This document shows positions 24,748 through 33,495 of a stretch of DNA of 43,012 nt, piece by piece. Each line of letters opens with the position of its first letter. Position 1 is the stretch's first letter. Made by a program: the position numbers and the translations under genes. Under the pieces are notes generated by a model. The model was not told where the DNA came from, searched no databases, and was given only the letters and a program-made list of their open reading frames with translations. The stretch is taken from IMG/VR virus record IMGVR_UViG_2802429654_000001, positions 1 to 43,012 of that record. One strand, given 5' to 3'. This DNA comes from a virus.

Positions 24748-27700
24748 TACCGACGCACCTCCCGGTAGCGATCCTCATCACGGAACTCGATCGTGACATC
24801 AAGCTCTTCTCCGAGCGCGGCGACCGCATCGTAGAGACGATCGAGGTCGGCTCGCATCCCGCGAGCGACCTGTGACTCGTCGAAGCCCTCCGCAACGCTC
24901 GAGGCGTCGAACGACGCCTCGCCACGATCGCTCACCTGTGACTCGGGGAGCACGAGCTCGTTATCATGGAGCGTTGCGCGTCCGCCAGATTCGATGAATC
25001 CACCAGTCGCGAGACCAGTGCCATAGTCAGGGTTACCGATGCCGCCTCTCGAGTCGTCGCCCGGATCGTAGCCGTTGTCGTTACCGTCGTCGACCTGTCC
25101 GGGCGGAGTAGCGCTCGGCGCATCAGCCGGATCGTCGGCGTCGCGGCCGTCGCCTCCACCTCCGCCGGAACTGCCGCCGCCACCTCCCGGGGAGCCGCCC
25201 CCAGATCCACCCCCAGATGAACCGCCATCATCATCGGAGGAGTCACCTGAAGAGCCGCCGGGTGCCTGATCCTCAACCCAGTCGATTGCGTCTTCGATGC
25301 CGCCGCTCACGTTGTCAAGAGCGTCAGCAAGCCAGTCTGGTAGCGTCGGCCAGTTGATCGATATTCCGGAGAGTGAGTTGGCAATCCCCTCAGCAACGTC
25401 ACCGAACGCGCCGCCGACGAGGTCAGCAAAGGAATTTCGGACCCACGAAGTCCAGTCGAGTAGTTCCGATTTGATGTCGCTCATCATATCCGGGATGAGC
25501 GAGTTGCCGATCAGCCCCTCGTAGAGACCCTCGAACACGGCCATGATGCCGTCGATGAGCGTCTTGAAGGCGGATTTGATATCCGAAAACGCCTGACCAC
25601 TCGAAATATAGCTAGCGATGTCTTCGATCAGGTCTTTGACGACTCCAATGACCGTTCCACCTGCTCCCAACGCTACCTTTACCGCGCCGACAATACCATC
25701 CATCAACAGGCTGAACGCCCGCTTCAGATCCGCGAGTGCCTGCCCACTGCCGATGTACGTTGCGACGTTGCTGATGAAGTCTTTGAGAATTCCGAAGAGA
25801 GTGCCGGCAGCGCCAAACAGTCCGATGATTACTGTCCGAATTGCCCTACCTACGCGCTTGAACGCGCGTTTGATGTCTCTCCGTCCGATTCCCGTCACGA
25901 ACTGAACAACGCGGTTGAGTCCGGACTCGACGACATCAGCCACGAACTCCATCGCCTCCTCGACGCGGTTACTGATCAGCTCCCACGCCTCATCGAAGTC
26001 CCCGCGGAGGACTGCGAGAAGCGCACGGACGACCGTGACCAGGTTTTCGAGAGCAACGCCGACTACCGTCGCGACAACGTTGAACGCGCGCTCGACGATG
26101 CTCATGATACGCTCGCCGTGACGATCCCAGAACTGCTGGACTCTATCGAGCCCGCGCTGGACAACCCTCTGGATGACGTCGACGATCTTCTGGATTTCAC
26201 CTTGGATGACATCCCACGTCTCCTCGGTCTCGCTCACGAGGGCGTCACCGTGCTCCCCCCAGACGTCGGAGATCGTTTCGACGAACGGCGCGAATATCTC
26301 TTCCTGGACGTACTCGATCGCCGATTCGATCCGGTCGCGAATGTCACCGTACGACTCCGCGACCGACTCCGCGATCCCCTCGCCGTTGGCTTCCCAGTAG
26401 GCTCTGAGTCGTTGGAGGACCACACGGGCGCGCTGTAAGAGCGACTCGACGACATTGACCGCGCTCGCAACCACACCCTCGACGCGGTCGCGGAAGTCGG
26501 CTGCGTCTTGAGCGATCGGAGAGAAAGCCCTTTTAGAATCTTCAGCGATCTCGCTGATCAACCCAAATGTTTCATCGACGAAGGCAGCGAAGTCATCGAT
26601 AATGTCGCGGGCGTTTCCGAAGTCGGTTGCCAACGCGGCTACAAGCGCACCCAGCGCGGTGATAACAGCCGTAATCGGTAACGTGAGTGTAGCCAATACA
26701 CTACCGACAGTTCCAACGATGGCGCTCAAGCCACCGAAATATGAGACTACATAGGCGATTATACCACCAAGACCGGCTAGCGTTGTTCCCACAAGAGCCA
26801 TCGTTCCGATCATCCCATCGCTTTCTTCATTGATCGACGAGAACGAAGCGATCGCGTTACTAATTCTAGACAGTAGGTCTGAGAGAACCGGAAGAACGTT
26901 CTCGCCAATTTGAATGCCGATGTTTCGAAGCTGGTTTCCGACGACCTGTAACTCAGATTTGAACGTGTCAGCAGCAGCAGCGTACTCTTCTTGGAGGCTT
27001 GTCCCGTTCTCCATCTGTTCGTTGGCCGCCTCCTGAGCATCAGCGAGCCCCTCCATGTTCTGTGCCATCGCAGTCAGGGCCTGCTGTGATGTCGTCGACA
27101 GCGTTGAACGGAGTGCGTCGGCTGCTTCCCCGCCCTCGCCCATCGTCGACGCCATCGTCCGAAAGAGGTCGACAGGGCTCTCCTCACGCATCGTCGAGAA
27201 CTCCTCGGTCGACATCCCCAGCGCAGCCGAGAGATCCTCGACCTTCTTCGGGTCCTGAATCTCTTGGGACATCCGCCGCAGCCGCGTCCCGGCGCGCTCG
27301 GCCGACTCGCTGGCCGCGTTCATCGCGGCGTTCAGCGCGAAGATATCTTCTGAGGAGGCGCCGAGCTGCGAGAGTGTGCCGGAGCTTCGGAGCGCGGAGT
27401 CGACGATCTCGGAACTCGACGTCGCCATCGTGTTCGAGAGCTCGTTGACGACGTTGCCCATGTCACCGACACGGGAGATCGGCGTGTCCATCAGCGTCGA
27501 CAGCCGGGCCATCGATTCACCTGCCTGCGTCGTCGACAAGTCCGTCGCGATCGCCATCTTCGAGACGGTCTCAGTGAACCGCTCGATGTCCTCCGTTCCC
27601 TGAATGCCGAAGCGCCCAGCTTGTGCCGTGATGTCCGCGAGTTCTTTCTGGGCAACGGGCATCTTTGACGCCATCTCCTGAATAGCGTCACCCATTCGCT

Positions 27701-27947
27701 CGGCCGTCTCGGGGTTCGTCACCTTCTCGACCCCAACCATCTGCTCCTCGAAGTTAGCGGCAGCTGTGGCTGCCGCCCCGAGACCAGTAGCCCCCAGCCC
27801 AGCGAGTGCGGCGCTCGCGAGGCCAGCAGCCTTTCGAAGAGATCCGAGACTGTCGAGAGCCGAATTAGTGGCTTCGTTCAGTCCTTCGGCGTCACCACTG
27901 ATGGCGACCTGTACTTCTTCTGCTGCGCCGCCTCCTGTTATTGCCAT
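24747..27947 (-). CDS. Tail tape measure protein (TP901-like)
   Basis: 1066 aa helical protein. FEEQMVGVEKVT...ELADITAQAGRFG core, W/F-spaced repeats and a Gly-rich C-terminal linker. Confidence 0.92.
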   Translation of the reverse strand: MAITGGGAAEEVQVAISGDAEGLNEATNSALDSLGSLRKAAGLASAALAGLGATGLGAAATAAANFEEQMVGVEKVTNPETAERMGDAIQEMASKMPVAQKELADITAQAGRFGIQGTEDIERFTETVSKMAIATDLSTTQAGESMARLSTLMDTPISRVGDMGNVVNELSNTMATSSSEIVDSALRSSGTLSQLGASSEDIFALNAAMNAASESAERAGTRLRRMSQEIQDPKKVEDLSAALGMSTEEFSTMREESPVDLFRTMASTMGEGGEAADALRSTLSTTSQQALTAMAQNMEGLADAQEAANEQMENGTSLQEEYAAAADTFKSELQVVGNQLRNIGIQIGENVLPVLSDLLSRISNAIASFSSINEESDGMIGTMALVGTTLAGLGGIIAYVVSYFGGLSAIVGTVGSVLATLTLPITAVITALGALVAALATDFGNARDIIDDFAAFVDETFGLISEIAEDSKRAFSPIAQDAADFRDRVEGVVASAVNVVESLLQRARVVLQRLRAYWEANGEGIAESVAESYGDIRDRIESAIEYVQEEIFAPFVETISDVWGEHGDALVSETEETWDVIQGEIQKIVDVIQRVVQRGLDRVQQFWDRHGERIMSIVERAFNVVATVVGVALENLVTVVRALLAVLRGDFDEAWELISNRVEEAMEFVADVVESGLNRVVQFVTGIGRRDIKRAFKRVGRAIRTVIIGLFGAAGTLFGILKDFISNVATYIGSGQALADLKRAFSLLMDGIVGAVKVALGAGGTVIGVVKDLIEDIASYISSGQAFSDIKSAFKTLIDGIMAVFEGLYEGLIGNSLIPDMMSDIKSELLDWTSWVRNSFADLVGGAFGDVAEGIANSLSGISINWPTLPDWLADALDNVSGGIEDAIDWVEDQAPGGSSGDSSDDDGGSSGGGSGGGSPGGGGGSSGGGGGDGRDADDPADAPSATPPGQVDDGNDNGYDPGDDSRGGIGNPDYGTGLATGGFIESGGRATLHDNELVLPESQVSDRGEASFDASSVAEGFDESQVARGMRADLDRLYDAVAALGEELDVTIEFRDEDRYREVRR

Positions 27948-27989
27948 TTGGGGAAATTACTAAGTCTTGTCAGCGGTTCGGTGGCTACT

Positions 27990-28184
27990 ATGCCCTCTGA
28001 AGACCACTACGTAGACCGCTACCACGCCCATAAGAAATGGATGAATAGGCACTTGCTAATGGCATCTTTATCGACGTTGACATTTGTCGGGGTTCTGTGG
28101 GCGTGGATTCCTGCGATCCGATGTATCCAGCACTGGAGAAAGGCCAAAAAGGCGAAATCGCACGTCGACGGCGAGATTGTCTAG
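27990..28184 (+). CDS. Counter-oriented small membrane protein (64 aa)
   Basis: MPSEDHYVDRY...LLMASLSTLTFVGVLWAWIPAI...; AT-rich TATA-like tract about 27 nt upstream. It fills the gap between the chaperone and TMP genes. Confidence 0.55.
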   Translation: MPSEDHYVDRYHAHKKWMNRHLLMASLSTLTFVGVLWAWIPAIRCIQHWRKAKKAKSHVDGEIV

Positions 28185-28468
28185 TTTCCACCGACCTCAT
28201 CGAGGAGATCGGCGCGTGCGTCTCGGCGGTTGGCCTCCAGTTTTCGCTTCCGCTTGCTGACCGACGACGTCGACGAGCCCGAGTCGCGACGATTCTCTCG
28301 GGCGTGTTGCTTGTCGAGTGCTCGCTGCCGACGTCCTTCGAGATATCGACGTACCTCCGACGCGTGGAGCCGTGGCAGCGACTCGTAGTCGTAGCCAGCC
28401 TCCTCGTGGAGAATCGCCTCTATCCGCGCCTGTCGTGCGTAGTAGCCTACGTCTCTGACGTCGGGATC
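28181..28468 (-). CDS. Tail assembly chaperone, frameshifted C-terminal part (gpGT-like)
   Basis: The -1 frame is open across the gpG stop: DPDVRDVGYYARQARIEAILHEEAGYDY...DEVGGN*. It has no start codon of its own. Confidence 0.65.
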   Translation of the reverse strand, partial: DPDVRDVGYYARQARIEAILHEEAGYDYESLPRLHASEVRRYLEGRRQRALDKQHARENRRDSGSSTSSVSKRKRKLEANRRDARADLLDEVGGN

Positions 28469-28941
28469 GCTGTCTGCTCGCCCTCCTCGTCGTTGCTCTG
28501 GTCCATCGCCTCGGTGAGCATGTTCTCGATCGCCCCCTCGCCGATTCCGTCCAGAGCTTGCATCGCTTCGAGGTTCTCCTTCGTCTGCTGTTCCTGAATG
28601 GCCCGAAAAACTTCGTGGCCACTCCCGTTCTTGACCGCCTGGATGAGTCCGGGGACGACGAACTCGGGGACCTGGTCGTAGCCGCCCGAGCCGACACCCT
28701 CGATGATGAACTCGCGGAAGAACGCGTCGACGCGCTCGTCGTCCGCTTCATCCTCCTCGAGGACGTCCTTCCACTCCTCGTAGGCGCCCGAAACCATCGG
28801 CTTCACGAGGACTGCCTTGTCGGTCCCAGGGATGCGCTGCTTGACGCCCTGGAGCTCACCCTGTTCGTTCCGCGTGACGCCGAAGTCCTCGGCGTGTGCG
28901 ATCTCGAGATCGTTACCGTCGTTGAGTCGTGTGTCAGCCAT
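28447..28941 (-). CDS. Tail assembly chaperone (gpG-like)
   Basis: 164 aa acidic ORF between the tail tube and TMP genes. Confidence 0.75.
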   Translation of the reverse strand: MADTRLNDGNDLEIAHAEDFGVTRNEQGELQGVKQRIPGTDKAVLVKPMVSGAYEEWKDVLEEDEADDERVDAFFREFIIEGVGSGGYDQVPEFVVPGLIQAVKNGSGHEVFRAIQEQQTKENLEAMQALDGIGEGAIENMLTEAMDQSNDEEGEQTAIPTSET

Positions 28942-30179
28942 CAGTTAGCCTCCAGTTCGATCGCCGGGTCACCGCTCGCTGCGAACGTTTCCGAGATGGA
29001 CGCGGTCGCCTGTTCGCTTGCCTCGCGGGTCCGTTCGCCGGCGCTCTCGACGACCGTGTTCTTGAACCGGACGATGCCGCCGCTGACCTCGTGTTCGTAG
29101 TCGTTCTGGGTCTTCTGTAGCGACTCCACCATCGAGTCGTGGCTTACCTTCGGCCCGGCGACATCGGCGTCGATCGTCACCGTCCGGTCGGACTCGTCGA
29201 CGGTTGGGAGCCGCGAGGAGTGAACGCTGTCGGTCGTGAGATCGTTCTCGACCGTCCACCCCGCGGAGATGACCCGCGGTCGGACGGGCGAGCCGACGGG
29301 ACGTTCCACGCGGTCGCCGACGAAGTGTTCGTAGTTCGTCCCGATCGGGTCGGCGTGCGAGCCAGCACCGAGCGCCGGAACGCCTCGGTCGCCGTCGACA
29401 GGCTGGTCGTCGTCGCTGTAGGTCAGCCCACCCGCGAGCTCTACCAGCGTAGTGCCGTTGCCATCTGTGACGGTGACGTCACCTTCGGGCTCCTCGGACA
29501 GCCAGACAGCGTCGATGTCGCTGAACGATTCCGTAGTCGTGACGGCGGTCGTACCGTCCAGAGCGATTGTCTCTGTCGTTGTCGCACCCTCGCTCTCGAT
29601 AGTGATGTCCATCGTGTCGGCGTCAGCCGTCGACGTCACCTCCAGCGTCGTCCCCGCGGACGGCTGGTGAATTGCGTAGGAGCGGACCTTCGTCGGCTGT
29701 AGGTCGAGCTCCATGAGGATCGGGTTCTCGCTCGACGGGTCGTTGGTGGGGTTGACCGTTCCGACCTTCGCTCCGCGCACCACCGTGAAGATCCGCATCC
29801 CGGCGCCGTCGTTGCCACCGGGTGCCTCGGTGCGCTCGATAGCGAGTAGCGTCCCGAGCAGCTGGTTGTACTCGTCACGGAGGATGCCGTACGCGGCTGC
29901 CGACTGGGGATTCCCGTCGGCGTCGACGGGGAACTTCTGCCAGTCGTAGCCAATGCTGGCCGACGGATCCTCCGTCCCACGGTTGTGATCGACCGCGTCC
30001 GCGGTGCCAATGCTGTCCTGACGTGCGTAGCTCGCACCAGGACTAGCGTTGAACGACCGCATGTTGTCTGAAAATCGCTTCATGTCGGGGTCGGTCGGAA
30101 CCTCCATCGGCGCCGGCTCAACCGCGTACTCGTACCGGCCCGGGAGCGTTCCGCTCTCGGTCGTGTCGTACTGGTTCAT
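28941..30179 (-). CDS. Major tail tube protein
   Basis: 412 aa, positioned after the terminator and before the chaperone/TMP genes. No sheath gene is present. Confidence 0.75.
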   Translation of the reverse strand: MNQYDTTESGTLPGRYEYAVEPAPMEVPTDPDMKRFSDNMRSFNASPGASYARQDSIGTADAVDHNRGTEDPSASIGYDWQKFPVDADGNPQSAAAYGILRDEYNQLLGTLLAIERTEAPGGNDGAGMRIFTVVRGAKVGTVNPTNDPSSENPILMELDLQPTKVRSYAIHQPSAGTTLEVTSTADADTMDITIESEGATTTETIALDGTTAVTTTESFSDIDAVWLSEEPEGDVTVTDGNGTTLVELAGGLTYSDDDQPVDGDRGVPALGAGSHADPIGTNYEHFVGDRVERPVGSPVRPRVISAGWTVENDLTTDSVHSSRLPTVDESDRTVTIDADVAGPKVSHDSMVESLQKTQNDYEHEVSGGIVRFKNTVVESAGERTREASEQATASISETFAASGDPAIELEAN

Positions 30180-30367
30180 GTGTCAGTGTCTTTGGGTTCG
30201 ATCGCGTCGTAGCGCTCCACGAGCGCCTCGCCGACTTGCTGGGTGACCTGTGCGGTCCCGTTGTCCGCGAACTCGACCGGCTCGTCGAGCAGCGGCTCGT
30301 TTTCGTCGTCGACGAGCTCCTCAGTGTAGAGTGACTTCGTCGCCTGGTTTGTGTTCTTGATGTACAT
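30176..30367 (-). CDS. Small virion-associated hypothetical protein
   Basis: MYIKNTNQATKSL...VEFADNGTAQVTQQVGEALVERY. 63 aa. Confidence 0.7.
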   Translation of the reverse strand: MYIKNTNQATKSLYTEELVDDENEPLLDEPVEFADNGTAQVTQQVGEALVERYDAIEPKDTDT

Positions 30368-30372
30368 CGGTC

Positions 30373-30903
30373 TCAGGGTCGCTCCGTGTGCTTCAGCAGG
30401 CCGACGACGTACCGCCGGTAGTGCGTCGGTGTCCGTTCCGTGTCGTTGCTCTCGACCGGCGGCTCCGCATTGATCCATTCGTAGCCCTCGGGAACTGGCG
30501 GGCCTTGGTCGCCTTCGTCGCTCCCGAAGAGGACAGCGTGTGTCTCCCACGCGAGCGCGTTCGCAACGACGTCCGGGTGGCTACCGTGGTCGTTGTAGAC
30601 GGTCGCGTCCTGCGGCCCGCCCCAGCAGTCGATCTGGACGCTCGTGACTGTGTCTTGGATACCCCCGGCGCCACCAGCGTCCATGCCGGTGTACTGGGTC
30701 TGCCCGCCGCCCGGAACGACCGAGTCTTCCGAGACGATCGCCACCTGTGGGTAGTCGTTCTCCCCGTCGTAGTCCGCGAAACGGACGTCTCCCGGTGAGA
30801 CCGGATCCGTCGGGTCACCGACATCGAACGGGACCGGTATCTCGGTGGCGTCGAAGTACTCGCGGAGATGTGCGACGAGGTCAGATTTGACGTCACGAGC
30901 CAT
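30373..30903 (-). CDS. Tail terminator/completion protein
   Basis: YPQVAI...SVQIDCW pattern and gene position. Confidence 0.65.
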   Translation of the reverse strand: MARDVKSDLVAHLREYFDATEIPVPFDVGDPTDPVSPGDVRFADYDGENDYPQVAIVSEDSVVPGGGQTQYTGMDAGGAGGIQDTVTSVQIDCWGGPQDATVYNDHGSHPDVVANALAWETHAVLFGSDEGDQGPPVPEGYEWINAEPPVESNDTERTPTHYRRYVVGLLKHTERP

Positions 30904-31262
30904 CACTCGGTCACCACCGTCAGGGCAGTGACGCCGGAGTCCTCCGGGTACGTGTCGAGGAGGCGGTACGTCTGCCCGCTCGGGTGGTCGAGCAACGTCG
31001 GGTAGCCGTCTGCCGAGCCCGCTGAGATGAGGTCGACGCCGTCATCCGGGACTGTGCGGATCTCGAGGTCGGTCTCGACCTCGGTCCCGTCGGAGTCGGT
31101 GGCAGTCCGTGCGCCGGCCGACGTCCTCCGCTCGAGGACGCCGACGATCGTGTCGTCAGGAGCGTAGTCCGGCGTCGACCGGCCGCCGCCGGAACCCGTG
31201 GCGTTGCGCACGGTATACTCGACGCCCTGTGACTGGATCATCCGCGCGATCGGGCCGAGCAT
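30903..31262 (-). CDS. Head closure / head-tail joining protein
   Basis: 119 aa, positioned in the neck module. Confidence 0.65.
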   Translation of the reverse strand: MLGPIARMIQSQGVEYTVRNATGSGGGRSTPDYAPDDTIVGVLERRTSAGARTATDSDGTEVETDLEIRTVPDDGVDLISAGSADGYPTLLDHPSGQTYRLLDTYPEDSGVTALTVVTE

Positions 31263-31517
31263 CAGCTCACCTCCGCGATGCGGATCGAGTTGATCAGCTG
31301 GCCAGTGTCGCGGATGCCCTTTCGGTCGGCGATCTCCTTCATCCGGTCCTGGACGGCGAGCGCGGCACAGCGCACGATAGCAGCCTCTGAGATGAGCGGG
31401 ATGCCCTGCGAGGCTGATATCCGTCGCACCTCGTTCGCCATGTCAGCACGAACACGCTCGGCAGCCGGTCGGACGAACGGCCGGGCCTCCATCTTCGACG
31501 TCCCTTTCTCTTGGTAC
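31262..31517 (-). CDS. HK97-gp10-like neck protein, exon 2
   Basis: (V)YQEKGTSKMEARPFVRPAA...RDTGQLINSI. Joined to exon 1 it gives a 125-aa protein. Confidence 0.88.
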
Positions 31518-32585
31518 CAGTTGGTGTTATCCAGCCGGCTTTTTATCCGGCTGTTCTCCGGGTTTCCCCGAAGCTCGGCGTAACTTTTCACCCGCTGCTG
31601 GGTGCGAGACACTCGTGGGCGCTTGTCGCTTCCATATCGCTCGCGCCTACGCTCTACGGTACGGGCGGTCTGCCCGTTACCTCGGGGTTGGCTTACTACC
31701 GTTGATGTGAGAGGTGATTTTCTCCCACCGGATCGGGTCGTAGATCTCGGACCCGATGTACCAGTCCGTCGCCGGCGAGTCGTGTTTCGACTTGTTACAC
31801 GACTCGCAGGTCGGGATGATGTTCTCCACGACCGTCTCGCCTCCGTTGGCGAGTGGCTGGACATGGTCTCGGACTGGCGAATCTGTCCCGTCTCCGCAGT
31901 AGGCACAGTGGACGACAGCGTCAACGCGCCAGTGGTCTTTGATTGACTCCCAGTCACTGCCTGAGAGGCCAGTGTCTGCGCGCCGCATCTGGTTGCGGCG
32001 AAGTCCCGAACAGGGCTTACAGTACACTTCAAAGCCGCCATCCTGCTCGTAGAAGTGGCGGCCGTTGAGTGGGATGATCTGCTCACAGGATGGGCAGAAC
32101 CACTCCCCTTCAGGGATTTCTCGCCCATCGGGAGTGACCCCTGTCTTGTTTGGCCGGTGGATCTCGTATTCCGCTCGACCATCTGATGGGTGGCACTTCT
32201 TACAGGTCGTGGCGAATCCGTCACTGGTTTTCTGTTGCCTGTAGAAGTGTTCAGGGTCGGCGGGAAGCACCTGCTGGCAGCTGGTGCAGATTTTCTTTCC
32301 ATCCGGGGTGTCCATGACCTGATTCGGTTTGTGGACGCCGAACTCGGAGCCTCTACATTCCTTACATCGCGGTTTGAACGCGTCGCGATGTCGGTGGAAG
32401 TATTTGACCGTCCCTGGGAGCGAGCGGTTACAACCCGTACAGACGATATTTCCGTCTGCGCCCGGTCGTGCCATACTCTTAGTAAGTAGGGACAATACAT
32501 CATTCTTTGGGTGGTAGCGTAGCCTTCCCCCGATACTGTCTCGTTCTGTATCCGATCGGTTTCCGATCGGTGCGGCATACGATTT
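31518..32585 (-). ncRNA. Group I self-splicing intron (IA-like, with P7.1), 1068 nt
   Basis: 5' exon ends in U paired to G in P1 (GCGGU/GCCGC) and the intron ends in G. P3 CGAGACA/UGUCUCG, P4 UCGGGG/CCCCGA, P6, P7 G-A-GCGUA/UACGC-C, P8 CACCC/GGGUG, P9 with a GAAA tetraloop, P10 GUAU/GUAC. Removal restores DYAVYQEKG. Confidence 0.92.
31677..32474 (-). CDS. Intron-encoded HNH homing endonuclease
   Basis: Three CxxC...CKxC repeats, then CAYCG...DHVQP..GG...NIIPTCESCNKSK. It lies in the P5 loop and its stop falls within P6. Confidence 0.9.
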   Translation of the reverse strand: MARPGADGNIVCTGCNRSLPGTVKYFHRHRDAFKPRCKECRGSEFGVHKPNQVMDTPDGKKICTSCQQVLPADPEHFYRQQKTSDGFATTCKKCHPSDGRAEYEIHRPNKTGVTPDGREIPEGEWFCPSCEQIIPLNGRHFYEQDGGFEVYCKPCSGLRRNQMRRADTGLSGSDWESIKDHWRVDAVVHCAYCGDGTDSPVRDHVQPLANGGETVVENIIPTCESCNKSKHDSPATDWYIGSEIYDPIRWEKITSHINGSKPTPR

Positions 32586-32707
32586 ACCGCGTAGTCGACC
32601 GTCGGCCCAGCGAGGTACGTCGTCGAGCCGTCAAAGCGGACGCTAAGCGACTCGATCGTATCTGTGACTGCGTCGAATCCCCGCAGCGACACCCCCCAGC
32701 CGCTCAC
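32586..32707 (-). CDS. HK97-gp10-like neck protein, exon 1
   Basis: MSGWGVSLRGFDAV...LAGPTVDYA(V), ending in GCG GT. Confidence 0.88.
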
Positions 32708-33078
32708 GAGTCATCACCGGTCGCGACGTTGCGACCCGTGTCGCGGATGATGTTGTTAGAGTAGCCGAACTGGTCTCCCGGATCGACGCGACGGACGCGC
32801 TGCCGAAGGTTGTTGATTTCGCTGGTCTCGTACGTCACCTGCGAGCGCCCCGTCGCGACAGACTCGCTGCGCCGGTCGCGACCGCTGGCGATCCGGAGCG
32901 CCGTCAGCACGGCCTCGAAGTCCGAGCGGTGCTGGGCGTCCTCAAACGTCACGTCTGGGTCGTCTCCGTACTCGCGGTCGATTCCGCGAGCGACGCGCTC
33001 GATCAGGCTGGTGATCTCGGGATCGTCCAGCTGGGTGTCGAGCTCGAGGCGGACGTCACTGGGCTCGGCTTCGGGCAT
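32704..33078 (-). CDS. Head-tail adaptor protein
   Basis: 124 aa in the position after the MCP; EPSDVRLELDTQLDDPEITSLIE. Confidence 0.7.
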   Translation of the reverse strand: MPEAEPSDVRLELDTQLDDPEITSLIERVARGIDREYGDDPDVTFEDAQHRSDFEAVLTALRIASGRDRRSESVATGRSQVTYETSEINNLRQRVRRVDPGDQFGYSNNIIRDTGRNVATGDDS

Positions 33079-33084
33079 GGTGGC

Positions 33085-33489
33085 TTACTCCTCCTCTTCG
33101 AGCTCGGCGAGGCGGTCGTCGAAGACGTCCTCTGCGCCACTTCGGTCCTGCTGCTCAGCTTCGAGGTTTTTGAGCGCGCGGACCGCTGTGACATCGTCGA
33201 TGTCCGCGATCTCGGTTTCGATCCCAGCGATGGTCTTCGCATCCGGGTTGAACGGGAGGGTCCCGCTCTCTCCGTCGAGGTCGTCAACGTCGTCCTCTTC
33301 GTCATCGCCGGCGCCGGGCGGGCCGTGACCGCCGCGCTCGATGTGGCGATGCATGGTGAGGAGCATGCTCCCCCGCTGATCGTCGACCTCGGCGTAGCCG
33401 TCCTCGTCGAACTCCAGGGGCGAGTTGTCACCCAGCACCTGGCTGTTCCGGAGCTCGGTCGCCTCGCCCGACTCGTGTTTGAGCCACAT
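33085..33489 (-). CDS. Hypothetical virion-module protein
   Basis: 134 aa acidic ORF immediately after the MCP. Confidence 0.7.
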   Translation of the reverse strand: MWLKHESGEATELRNSQVLGDNSPLEFDEDGYAEVDDQRGSMLLTMHRHIERGGHGPPGAGDDEEDDVDDLDGESGTLPFNPDAKTIAGIETEIADIDDVTAVRALKNLEAEQQDRSGAEDVFDDRLAELEEEE

Positions 33490-33495
33490 GGCGAG

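Noticed and set aside
31518-32585. Intein interpretation of the in-frame insertion in the neck gene
   Set aside because: The insert does not start with C/S/A or end in HN/HQ, and the next residue is Tyr, not C/S/T. The HNH is in another frame, and the RNA-level group I features explain the boundaries.
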